Assembly (NCBI RefSeq): GCF_044324875.1
Contig: NZ_CP172185.1
DNA from: Escherichia coli
GTDB taxonomy: Bacteria; Pseudomonadota; Gammaproteobacteria; Enterobacterales; Enterobacteriaceae
DNA: 64,000 nt
Strand: one strand, 5' to 3'
Shown here: positions 18,989 through 31,044 of the stretch, one piece after another
Position numbering within the stretch: the first letter of the stretch is position 1
Layout: each line of letters begins with the position of its first letter
Notes under the pieces: model-generated
What the model was told of the DNA's origin: nothing
Database searches by the model: none
The model's input: only the letters and a program-made list of their open reading frames with translations
Program-made: the position numbers and the translations under genes

Positions 18989-20554
18989 ATGTCCAGAAAG
19001 AGAAAATCCAGGAGCACTATGGAAACCTGTTTTAAGATCCTTCAGCTCAAGTTCGACAAGAAGCTGACTAACCGTTGTATCGGACTGACGTTACACATCA
19101 GCGCCTCAACCGTTTTTGAGGTTCTTGCCCGCTTCAAAGCCTCTTCTCTGTCATGGCCATTACCTGCTGATATATCCCATGACACGCTGGAGAAACTCAT
19201 TTTTCCGCCCAAAGACACCTTTGCATCAGAGCTTGTAATGCCTGACATGTTGTACTTCGATACGGAAATGAGAAAACCAGGTGTGACGCGGCAACTGTTG
19301 TGGATGGAATACAAGGCACAGGCGGGTAACAAAGCGATGGGATACTCGCACTTCTGCCGTTGCTACCGGGAGTGGAAAAAAACGCGACGTCTCTCCATGC
19401 GCCAGGAGCATCGTGCCGGCGAAAAGCTTTTTATCGACTTCTGTGGTCCTACGGTTCCTGTTATTAATCCGGACACCGGTGAGATACGCCGCGTGGCAAT
19501 CTTCGTGGCCGTAATGGGGGCGTCCAACTATACCTACGTTGAAGCGTGCGAAGGTCAGGACATGATGTCATGGTTAAATGCCCACAGCCGTTGCCTGACC
19601 TTCCTGGGCGGCGTACCGAAGCTGCTCATCCCCGATAACCTCAGAAGCGCAGTGAAAAAGGCCGATCGATATGAGCCTGTCATCAACGACAGTTATCAGG
19701 CACTGGCTGAGCACTATGGCACGGTTATCATCCCGGCCCGACCACGCAAACCTAAAGATAAACCAAAAGCAGAAAACGGCGTCCTCATCGTTGAACGATG
19801 GCTTCTTGCCCGCATCCGTAATGAAACCTTCCACACGCTCAGGGCGCTGAATGCGCGCCTTAGGGAGTTACTGACAGACATGAATAACCGGCCAATGAAG
19901 GGGTACGGCAATCAAACCCGTGCAGAACGCTTCCGCATACTGGATGCGCCAGCACTCTCTCCGCTGCCTCTGGCACCTTATGAATACACGGAATACAAAG
20001 CTGTGAAGGTTGGCCCTGACTACCACGTTGAATATGCCCGTCACTGGTACTCCGTTCCACACGAACTGGTCGGTCAGCGTCTGTCACTGAAGGCGGGGCA
20101 GTCGGTGGTACAGCTCTGGCACAAGGGGCAGTGTGTGGCGCAACATCCGCGCAGCACACATGAATATAAACACACAACCAATCCGCTTCACATGCCAGAG
20201 CGCCACCGGCAGCACGGGACATGGACACCGGAACGCCTGATCGAGCAGGGAAAACGTACGGGCCCGTCCACAGGCCGGGTGGTTGAATCCATGCTGAAGG
20301 CAAAACCCCATCCGGAACTGGCTTATCGTGCAGTTCTGGGGCTGCTGGCACTTCAGAAAAAATACGGCCCGGAACGGCTGGAAAAGGCCTGTTACGTTGC
20401 CCTGCACTATAACGCCCCTGACAGACGCTTTATCGACAATCTGCTGCGTCACCATCGGGAGAACCTGGAGCTTCCATTATCCCGCCAGGGCGAACAACAT
20501 CCGGCATATGCTTCAGAGCATGAAAACCTGCGTGGTCCGGGCTACTACCACTGA
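18989..20554 (+). CDS. istA: IS21-family transposase IstA
   Basis: Start set at ATG 18989 after GGAG (track begins at a TTG at 18908); N-terminal HTH-like segment, ~520 aa; immediately followed by istB. Confidence 0.8.
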   Translation: MSRKRKSRSTMETCFKILQLKFDKKLTNRCIGLTLHISASTVFEVLARFKASSLSWPLPADISHDTLEKLIFPPKDTFASELVMPDMLYFDTEMRKPGVTRQLLWMEYKAQAGNKAMGYSHFCRCYREWKKTRRLSMRQEHRAGEKLFIDFCGPTVPVINPDTGEIRRVAIFVAVMGASNYTYVEACEGQDMMSWLNAHSRCLTFLGGVPKLLIPDNLRSAVKKADRYEPVINDSYQALAEHYGTVIIPARPRKPKDKPKAENGVLIVERWLLARIRNETFHTLRALNARLRELLTDMNNRPMKGYGNQTRAERFRILDAPALSPLPLAPYEYTEYKAVKVGPDYHVEYARHWYSVPHELVGQRLSLKAGQSVVQLWHKGQCVAQHPRSTHEYKHTTNPLHMPERHRQHGTWTPERLIEQGKRTGPSTGRVVESMLKAKPHPELAYRAVLGLLALQKKYGPERLEKACYVALHYNAPDRRFIDNLLRHHRENLELPLSRQGEQHPAYASEHENLRGPGYYH

Positions 20555-20570
20555 CAGAAGGAACAACAGT

Positions 20571-21326
20571 ATGAGTGATAACCTGTTAAACAAACTGACC
20601 CAACTGAAACTCCCGGCGATGGCCGGGAGCCTGATACGGCAGCGGGAAACGCCTCAGACCTACGACGAACTGTCGTTCGAGGAAAGGCTGACGCTGCTGG
20701 TTGATGACGAGCTTCTGAGCAGGGAAAACAGCCGTGTGGCACGGTTGAGAAAAAATGCCGGCCTGAAATACCAGGCAACACCGGAAGGGCTGCGCTATCC
20801 GGCCTCAAGAGGTCTGCGGGCTGAACAGATGAGAGAACTGCTGAACGGCCACTACATAACCCACAGGAAAAACCTGCTGATAACCGGTCCGACAGGATGT
20901 GGCAAGAGCTGGATAGCCAATGCGCTGGGCGAACAGGCATGTCGACAGAAACACAGCGTCCGGTACTGTAGAACCGGGCGATTACTGGAACAACTGGCTC
21001 AGGGACGTGTTGATGGCAGCTGGCTGAAATATCTGAAACAGTTGCAAAAAATACAGGTTCTAATCCTGGACGATCTGGGGCTGGAACAGTTAAGTAACGC
21101 CCAGTGTAATGACCTTCTGGAGCTCATAGAGGATCGTTACGGACAAAGCAGCACGATAGTGGTAAGCCAGTTCCCGGTAGATAAATGGCATGGTCTGATG
21201 GAGAACCCAACAACAGCAGATGCCATCCTGGACAGACTGGTACATAACTCACACCGAGTGGTCCTTCAGGGAGAGTCACTGAGGAAAAATCCCCCGGTAG
21301 TGGAAAGCAGCGAAAAAACGCGTTAA
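20571..21326 (+). CDS. istB: IS21-family ATP-binding helper protein IstB
   Basis: Start set at ATG 20571 after AAGGAA; Walker A GPTGCGKS and Walker B ILDDLG motifs, 251 aa. Confidence 0.85.
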   Translation: MSDNLLNKLTQLKLPAMAGSLIRQRETPQTYDELSFEERLTLLVDDELLSRENSRVARLRKNAGLKYQATPEGLRYPASRGLRAEQMRELLNGHYITHRKNLLITGPTGCGKSWIANALGEQACRQKHSVRYCRTGRLLEQLAQGRVDGSWLKYLKQLQKIQVLILDDLGLEQLSNAQCNDLLELIEDRYGQSSTIVVSQFPVDKWHGLMENPTTADAILDRLVHNSHRVVLQGESLRKNPPVVESSEKTR

Positions 21327-21425
21327 AAAGCGGTAGAAAAAGTTAAGTTCCCGGTTGATCGAATGGATGCGAATCGCTGATCGGACTTCGATGCCAATCC
21401 GTGATCGAATAGAGCGGAATACGCA

Positions 21426-21432
21426 CACCTGA
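21426..21432. repeat. Target-site duplication CACCTGA (right copy) of the IS21-family element
   Basis: See left copy at 18780-18786. Confidence 0.7.
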
Positions 21433-22482
21433 GCGGTTCGCGTGTACACCTCAAAGATATACGCCTTCGTTTCCGGCGTACGGTTGCCCCAGAAGCGGAA
21501 ACCGTTACGGCGAATGATGGTGGTGATTTCCTTGTTGTTGAGATTGTTGGCATCGCTGTCTTCGGACTGAAGGGACCAGAACACCGGGCTGGAAATACCC
21601 AGCACATTTCTTACCGGCACGTTGGACAGCGATTTATGCCAGCCCTGTTCGTGGTCAATACGTGCACGTAAACCGCAGGCGTACGCCGCAGCCGGGAAGA
21701 CCTCATTAGCGCCGGATTTCGGGTTATGGGCGATGAAGTCAGGCCAGAGCAGCATAAGTTCGCGCTCGTTAAATCTGGCGCGGTAGCTGATTGCATCAGC
21801 GGGCTTCTTGCAGTTGTGACAGCCCGCGTAGACAAATGCGCGAAGTTTTTCTGCAATTACACACAGGGATTTTGTGACAGCTTCAGTATCCAGTCCGGGC
21901 GCTGCGATGATGCGCGGACGGTAACCGATGGCATCATCCTGTTCAGCTATCAGAAGTGCATACATACCGGTATAATTACCGTCGCCATCCGTGCCACCAA
22001 TGACATACTGGTCCTGCGTTTTGTGTGGGTATACAGGATGTGCATCTTCAGACTCATCAATACCAAAAAATGCCCTGTCTTCAGGATCCAGATGACCGAA
22101 TGATGTAACTCCTGTATCCGGGGCGCCCTGAGAACTGGCATCAGGAACGCGCACCACAATCACCTTCGTGCTCACCTGGTCGGCGACAGCCTTAAGCGAT
22201 TTGTAAAGCGTCCCCTTTGTGCCGGCCTTACCCAGCACATCACTGACGCGGGTCAGCAGTGTGGGTTTGTTCAGCGGGAACAGAGTTTCATCCGCGTCAT
22301 CTGCCGTAGCCACAATACCAATAACACTGGAATCCACATCATTAATGGCGGTGGCAAGGCCGGTACTTTCCCTTACGCGCGCACCATGAAAGCGTGTTTC
22401 ACTCATATGTTTCACCCTTGTCTGGCTGGTTGATTTTGCGTAATCATTACCCACGATGCCGCCGGTATCATCTCCTGCCCGT

Positions 22483-22500
22483 TCTCACCGTTCGCTTACA
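22483..22500. promoter_or_regulatory. TCT-N12-ACA box (one mismatch to TGT-N12-ACA) in divergent FI/D intergenic region
   Basis: Shares the 16-mer TTCGCTTACAACAAAC with the P/O intergenic box; centred ~85 bp from FI start and ~76 bp from D start. Confidence 0.4.
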
Positions 22501-22566
22501 ACAAACAGCCGTTCACCACGGTCGCACGCCGTGAAAACATGACGGGACACACCACGAGGGCAGACC

Positions 22567-23658
22567 ATGACCGACCTGTTAATCAACGTTCCGTCACCGG
22601 ATATCGAAATCACCATCAACAACAACAGACTCCGTAACGTCACGGAGCGGCTCATGACGCTGTCACTGACCGACAACCGGGGCTTTGAGGCGGACCGCGT
22701 CACCCTGACCATTGACGACGCGGACGGGCAGCTTCAGCTGCCACAGCGCGGCGCACGCCTGAACGTGATGATTGGCTGGCGCGGGGAGGCGCTGGTTAAC
22801 AAGGGTGTCTACATCGTTGATGAAGTGACGTGGGAAGGCCCGCCGGACAAACTGACCATCACCGCCAGCAGCGCCGATTTTCGCGAAGAGTTCAACGTGA
22901 AGCGTGAAGTCTCCTGGCACGACGTGACGGTAAAACAGGTTGTGTCAGCCATCGCGCACCGCTACGGCCTGAAAGCACAGATAAGCGATATCCTCATGGA
23001 TATCGAAATTGACCACGCAGACCAGACCGAAGAGAGCGATATATCCTTCCTGACCCGCATGGCTGAAATGCTGGGTGCGATTGCCACCGTAAAAAACGGC
23101 AGCCTGTTATTCATTCTGCCGGGTGGCGGAACCGGGCCGGACGGAAAAGCCCTGCCTTCGTTCGCCATTACCCGCAGCAGCGGCGACAGTCACCGCTTTC
23201 GCATTGCTGACCGTGATGCGTATACGGGGGTCCGGGCGCACTGGCTCGATCTGAAGTTCGGGCAAAAGAAAAAAGTGAACGTGAAGCGACGCAGGGAAGC
23301 CGGGAAACAGAAACAGGAGAAGAGCAGCAGCCGGGAAGGTGATTACATGGAGGGCGCGGAAGGGAACGTCTACGTTCTGCGCAGGACTTACCAGAATGAA
23401 GAAACCGCACGACGTGCAGCAGCTGCAAAGTGGCAGGAACTACAGCGGGGCGCGGCATCATTCTCCATCACGCTGGCGCGCGGTCGTGCCGACCTGTACC
23501 CTGAAATGCACGGCAGGGTAACAGGTTTTAAAAGCGAGGTGGACAATCAGGACTGGATTATTGCCAGGGTGGAGCACAGCATAGATGAAAGCGGCTTCAC
23601 CACACAACTGGAGCTGGAAGCGAAAATCCCCGAATGGATAGCAGATTCAGGCGGATAA
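22567..23658 (+). CDS. D: Tail protein, P2 gpD-like
   Basis: 363-aa ORF; size and position before ogr; leader CACGAGGGC shared with O gene leader. Confidence 0.8.
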   Translation: MTDLLINVPSPDIEITINNNRLRNVTERLMTLSLTDNRGFEADRVTLTIDDADGQLQLPQRGARLNVMIGWRGEALVNKGVYIVDEVTWEGPPDKLTITASSADFREEFNVKREVSWHDVTVKQVVSAIAHRYGLKAQISDILMDIEIDHADQTEESDISFLTRMAEMLGAIATVKNGSLLFILPGGGTGPDGKALPSFAITRSSGDSHRFRIADRDAYTGVRAHWLDLKFGQKKKVNVKRRREAGKQKQEKSSSREGDYMEGAEGNVYVLRRTYQNEETARRAAAAKWQELQRGAASFSITLARGRADLYPEMHGRVTGFKSEVDNQDWIIARVEHSIDESGFTTQLELEAKIPEWIADSGG

Positions 23659-23701
23659 AATTAAAATGAGCCATCTCCACTCAGCCAGATAAGGAGAAGC
23701 C

Positions 23702-23953
23702 ATGTTCCGTTGTCCCCTGTGCGGTGCATCCGCACGTATCCGCACCAGTCGCAATGAAAATGATTCAGGCACAGTTCGCCTGAAGTACTACCAGTGCAAT
23801 AACCTCGAATGCGGGATCGGCTTTACCACACTGGAGGGTTTTAACAAATTCACATCAAAACGCGCCCCGTCGCCGCAGGGTACAGAGCGGATACCGTGGG
23901 AAGATTTTCCGGGATCTCACAGGGGGAATGCTCAGATGAATCTTGATATTTAA
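23702..23953 (+). CDS. ogr: Ogr/Delta-type zinc-finger late transcription activator
   Basis: MFRCPLCGASARIRTSR...YYQCNNLECG: CxxC...CxxxxC arrangement and N-terminal similarity to recalled P2 Ogr. Confidence 0.8.
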   Translation: MFRCPLCGASARIRTSRNENDSGTVRLKYYQCNNLECGIGFTTLEGFNKFTSKRAPSPQGTERIPWEDFPGSHRGNAQMNLDI

Positions 23954-24002
23954 GAACAATAATCAGGTTGAGAGGACATCATAAGGCAAGTAGATTAACG
24001 GC

Positions 24003-24097
24003 AGATACTTTCCCGCAACCACGGGCAAGTATTTAATTATCCATGATGAAATATGACCTAAATTGTTTTTTGCCCGCCGGAAAGCGGGCATTTTTTT
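24003..24097 (+). ncRNA. Candidate small RNA cassette 1 (promoter TTGAGA-17-TAGATT at 23968-23996; hairpin + U7 terminator 24072-24097)
   Basis: Exact 17-bp spacer; stem GCCCGC/GCGGGC then TTTTTTT; no convincing RBS or ORF; also serves as terminator after ogr. Confidence 0.35.
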
Positions 24098-24311
24098 ATT
24101 CTTTTGTGGTTATGGGGTCATCAGGAACCACGTGCAGATTATATTTTTGTTTTTTTGGCGTTCCTCCGGCAGCAACGAGTTCATCAATAAGACACTGACA
24201 CGCCTGAACATCCCGGGCATGTCTTAGTTTCACCTTTATTGATTTAACCTTATCCTCACCGGAGGAGAAATGCAGTTCAATCTCAATATCGTTTCTTCGG
24301 AACAATCTCAT
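24096..24311 (-). CDS. Hypothetical 71-aa protein (no family recognised)
   Basis: ATG preceded by AGGGGG; MRLFRRNDIEIELHFSSGEDKVKSIKVKLRHARDVQACQCLIDELVAAGGTPKKQKYNLHVVPDDPITTKE; AT-rich upstream region with TATAAT-like elements. Confidence 0.4.
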   Translation of the reverse strand: MRLFRRNDIEIELHFSSGEDKVKSIKVKLRHARDVQACQCLIDELVAAGGTPKKQKYNLHVVPDDPITTKE

Positions 24312-24483
24312 ACGCCCCCCTGAATATATCAGAAATGCTAGTATCGAAAAATGAGAAAACAGTTAGACAGGAGAAACATATTAACACAAATCATTTATAC
24401 CTATAGATGAAATTATAATTTCATTCATGAATATGATAGATAACTATATTGTGAACAAAATGAAAAATGGCTAAATTAAAAAT

Positions 24484-24564
24484 GGGCATGGAGGAATGCC
24501 TCGTAATCAGTAATACATGATCCATACTTCCTTGTTTTGCCCGCCGGAAAGCGGGCATTTTTTT
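24484..24564 (+). ncRNA. Candidate small RNA cassette 1b (promoter TTGTGA-17-TAAATT at 24449-24477; terminator 24539-24564)
   Basis: Same terminator sequence as cassette 1; body shares ATACATGATCCATAC-like segment with the other cassettes. Confidence 0.3.
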
Positions 24565-24668
24565 GGCGGTTACCATCGCCTCACCTTCCTGGTTCACACA
24601 AAGCAACCCTGATTTTCCATGAAAACTTCAGGGTTGAGCCAAAAGCACAAAGACAGTAGATTAACCAA

Positions 24669-24767
24669 GGGTACCCGCCACCTGCCAACAGGAACGGTAT
24701 CCAGTACGTATTAATGACTGACAATTCACATTGCTGTTTTGCCCGCCAGAAGGTGGGCATTTTTTTG
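24669..24767 (+). ncRNA. Candidate small RNA cassette 2 (promoter TTGAGC-17-TAGATT at 24634-24662; terminator 24741-24767)
   Basis: Terminator stem GCCCGCC/GGTGGGC carries substitutions relative to cassettes 1 and 1b that keep pairing; 5' body ACCAAGGGTACCCGCCACCTGCCAACAGGAA. Confidence 0.4.
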
Positions 24768-24871
24768 GCAGTTATCATGGACGCACCTTCATGACACATA
24801 TTAAGCAGACCTGATTTTTCCATGAAAAATTCATGGTTGAGACAAAAGCACAAAAACAGTAGATTAACCAC

Positions 24872-24969
24872 GGGTGCCTGCCACCTGACAACAGGAAGGG
24901 GTGTCCATTATCCATGATATACAAACGAAAAGTCTTGTCTTTTGCCCGCCGTTGCGCGGGCTTTTTTTT
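24872..24969 (+). ncRNA. Candidate small RNA cassette 3 (promoter TTGAGA-17-TAGATT at 24837-24865; terminator 24944-24969)
   Basis: Terminator stem GCCCGC/GCGGGC with different loop (CGTTGC); 5' body ACCACGGGTGCCTGCCACCTGACAACAGGAA ~85% identical to cassette 2. Confidence 0.4.
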
Positions 24970-25366
24970 ATCCAAGAACCCTGTCTGCAGCAACACGCGC
25001 CAGAAATCCAGAGCGGCTACCGTATTCAGGATGAGACTCAACGAACTGATCAATGCGACGAATAAGCAGAGATGGCAGGGTAACATTGATTTTTTCCGAT
25101 TTCCCCATCAGGCGGGACACATCCACCTCAACGAGCGCCCACACTGCATCACTGTATTCAGGATCTGATTGCCATTCATCAAGATTTGTAGCGACAGGGA
25201 TAGACTCACCAGATTCAACCAGTAATTCTACGTGTGCCTCAATGGCTTCACGGGCACTGTCTACCGCATCCTGAAAACTATCACCGCCAGAAAAACAGCC
25301 GGGCAGATCTGGGACGCGAACACCAAAAGATGAATCCCCCCGGTCAATAGCGATTGCATATAACAT
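24968..25366 (-). CDS. hicB: HicB-family antitoxin (N-terminal HicB fold plus C-terminal ribbon-helix-helix)
   Basis: 132-aa ORF MLYAIAIDRGDSSFGVRVPDLPGCFSGGDSFQDAVDSAREAIEAHVELLVESGESIP...KINVTLPSLLIRRIDQFV; GGAGG 5 nt before ATG; 22 nt downstream of hicA. Confidence 0.7.
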   Translation of the reverse strand: MLYAIAIDRGDSSFGVRVPDLPGCFSGGDSFQDAVDSAREAIEAHVELLVESGESIPVATNLDEWQSDPEYSDAVWALVEVDVSRLMGKSEKINVTLPSLLIRRIDQFVESHPEYGSRSGFLARVAADRVLG

Positions 25367-25388
25367 TGAGACCTCCAGAAGGTGGGGC

Positions 25389-25568
25389 TTACAGCCCCGC
25401 CTGTTTCTTAATACTTTTTAAAGTTGGTAAAGGTATATCTTTTTGAGGGTGTTTTACCGTTACCAGCCCCTTCTTTGTCGGATGTTTGAATTGATGATGA
25501 CTCCCCTTAACCCTAACAAGATACCATCCATCCGCCTCTATCATTGCTATTGCACTTTTGCTATCCAT
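25389..25568 (-). CDS. hicA: HicA-family mRNA-interferase toxin (59 aa; absent from ORF track because <60 aa)
   Basis: Manual translation MDSKSAIAMIEADGWYLVRVKGSHHQFKHPTKKGLVTVKHPQKDIPLPTLKSIKKQAGL; matches the recalled HicA pattern GW...GSHH.F.HP...G.VTVPHP.KDL..GTL.SI.KQAGL. Confidence 0.65.
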   Translation of the reverse strand: MDSKSAIAMIEADGWYLVRVKGSHHQFKHPTKKGLVTVKHPQKDIPLPTLKSIKKQAGL

Positions 25569-25588
25569 CCCCCCGTACTCCGTCTTTC

Positions 25589-25617
25589 GTTGTTGGAGTT
25601 ATTATAACCCCAACAAC
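25589..25617. promoter_or_regulatory. Palindrome GTTGTTGG-N13-CCAACAAC upstream of hicA (candidate operator)
   Basis: Perfect 8-bp arms read directly; GGAGTTATTA also repeated at 25595 and 25636. Confidence 0.35.
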
Positions 25618-25767
25618 TAGTCAAAGCAAGGGTTCGGAGTTATTAGAGTTATAGAATAATTGACTGCCTCCCCAAAACTGCGGCAAGAAAAAACCACTGA
25701 CCACGGTCAATTTGTGGATCATGAATTAATTTTTATTTATAAATCAATGCATTATACAAAGAAAAAA

Positions 25768-25787
25768 GGCCGCAGAGCGGCCTTTTT
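25768..25787 (-). terminator. Intrinsic terminator downstream of ihfA (bidirectional hairpin)
   Basis: ggccgcagagcggcc stem-loop flanked by A-run upstream and T-run downstream. Confidence 0.6.
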
Positions 25788-25799
25788 AGTTAGATCAGA

Positions 25800-26099
25800 T
25801 TACTCGTCTTTGGGCGAAGCGTTTTCGACCCGGCTTTTTAACTTCTGCCCGGGTCTGAAGGTCACCACGCGCCGTGCTGTAATGGGAATATCCTCGCCCG
25901 TTTTCGGGTTACGTCCCGGGCGTTGATTCTTATCACGCAGATCGAAGTTACCAAAACCAGAGAGTTTCACCTGTTCGCCGTTTTCCAGAGCGCGACGGAT
26001 CTCTTCGAAAAACAGTTCAACCAGTTCTTTGGCATCCCGCTTGCTAAGCCCAAGCTTATCAAACAGATATTCTGACATTTCAGCTTTTGTAAGCGCCAT
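25800..26099 (-). CDS. ihfA: Integration host factor alpha subunit
   Basis: 99-aa translation [92 protein letters not shown]... recognised as E. coli IHF-alpha. Confidence 0.95.
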
Positions 26100-26103
26100 A
26101 GGT

Positions 26104-28494
<2,391 letters not shown>

Positions 28495-28505
28495 CTATTC
28501 CTGCC

Positions 28506-29531
<1,026 letters not shown>

Positions 29532-29554
29532 TTAATTTTTTCAAAACGCGCATA

Positions 29555-29579
29555 CAAAAAAAGCCTCCACTGGGAGGCT
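29555..29579 (-). terminator. pheS attenuator terminator
   Basis: agcctcc-ac-tgg-gaggct hairpin followed by U-run on the minus strand, between pheM and pheS. Confidence 0.55.
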
Positions 29580-29627
29580 TTCAGGCGCTGTTTTCCGTTT
29601 CTCTTCTCACGCGCTAGCCTCCTGGAG

Positions 29628-29672
29628 TCAGGTGCTAAAGTAAAAAAAGAAGCGGAAAATAGCAGCATTCAT
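29628..29672 (-). CDS. pheM: pheST operon leader peptide (Phe-rich, 14 aa)
   Basis: Manual translation [14 protein letters not shown]; classic attenuation leader. Confidence 0.7.
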
Positions 29673-29794
29673 TGCTTGCGTTACCTTTTGGTACTTTTCA
29701 AAAGACCTTTATTGAAAAGGCTACGGCGATAAAAGTCAATGTTTTGATGGCGTTGAAACGAAAAGAGGGAGACTAGCTCCCTCTTTCAACTGGC

Positions 29795-30178
<384 letters not shown>

Positions 30179-30204
30179 TTAAAAAGTTAAAAAACGTTAA
30201 CGGC

Positions 30205-30426
<222 letters not shown>

Positions 30427-30498
30427 TTAATAAACGAAACAAAGGCGAACAAAGCCTGTGAAGCCCGAAGGCTCCACAGACAGTGCTACTTGAAGGCC

Positions 30499-31044
<546 letters not shown>

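Larger units (their letters stand above)
18787..21425 (+). mobile_element. IS21-family insertion sequence (2639 bp) carrying istA and istB
   Basis: Two-gene istA/istB arrangement; multiple tttggcat/cgatc sub-terminal repeats at left end and inverted gatgccaa/gatcg motifs at right end; flanked by direct repeat CACCTGA. Confidence 0.8.
18477..22406 (-). pseudogene. FI: Tail sheath gene (P2 gpFI-like) interrupted by an IS21-family element
   Basis: N-terminal part 21426-22406 (MSETRFHGARVRES...AYIFEVYTRTAQ) and C-terminal part 18477-18786 (VLADSVAEAQFETIDAPL...RVRIRYKYTPVPPLED...) join in frame across a single copy of CACCTGA once 18787-21425 is removed. Confidence 0.85.
1..24100. mobile_element. 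P2-like prophage, late/structural region (partial; continues left of window; right end/attR not resolved)
   Basis: Contiguous set of ORFs whose order, sizes and translations match the P2 late gene set Q,P,O,N,M,L,X,R,S,V,W,J,I,H,G,FI,FII,E,T,U,D,ogr; core housekeeping genes begin at 25.8 kb. Confidence 0.85.
24565..24970. repeat. Two direct tandem ~205-bp repeat units (each = spacer + promoter + short transcript + terminator)
   Basis: Terminators at ~24539, ~24741 and ~24944 are spaced ~203-205 bp apart; inter-terminator sequences align over most of their length. Confidence 0.6.

Noticed and set aside
24421-25086. Three overlapping minus-strand ORFs (61, 96 and 103 aa) across the cassette array
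   Set aside because: They span terminator hairpins, lack RBS, and repeat only because the DNA is tandemly repeated; peptide sequences are low-complexity
24914-25168. 84-aa plus-strand ORF starting in cassette 3
   Set aside because: Reads straight through the hairpin + U8 terminator and then antisense to hicB; no support as a coding gene
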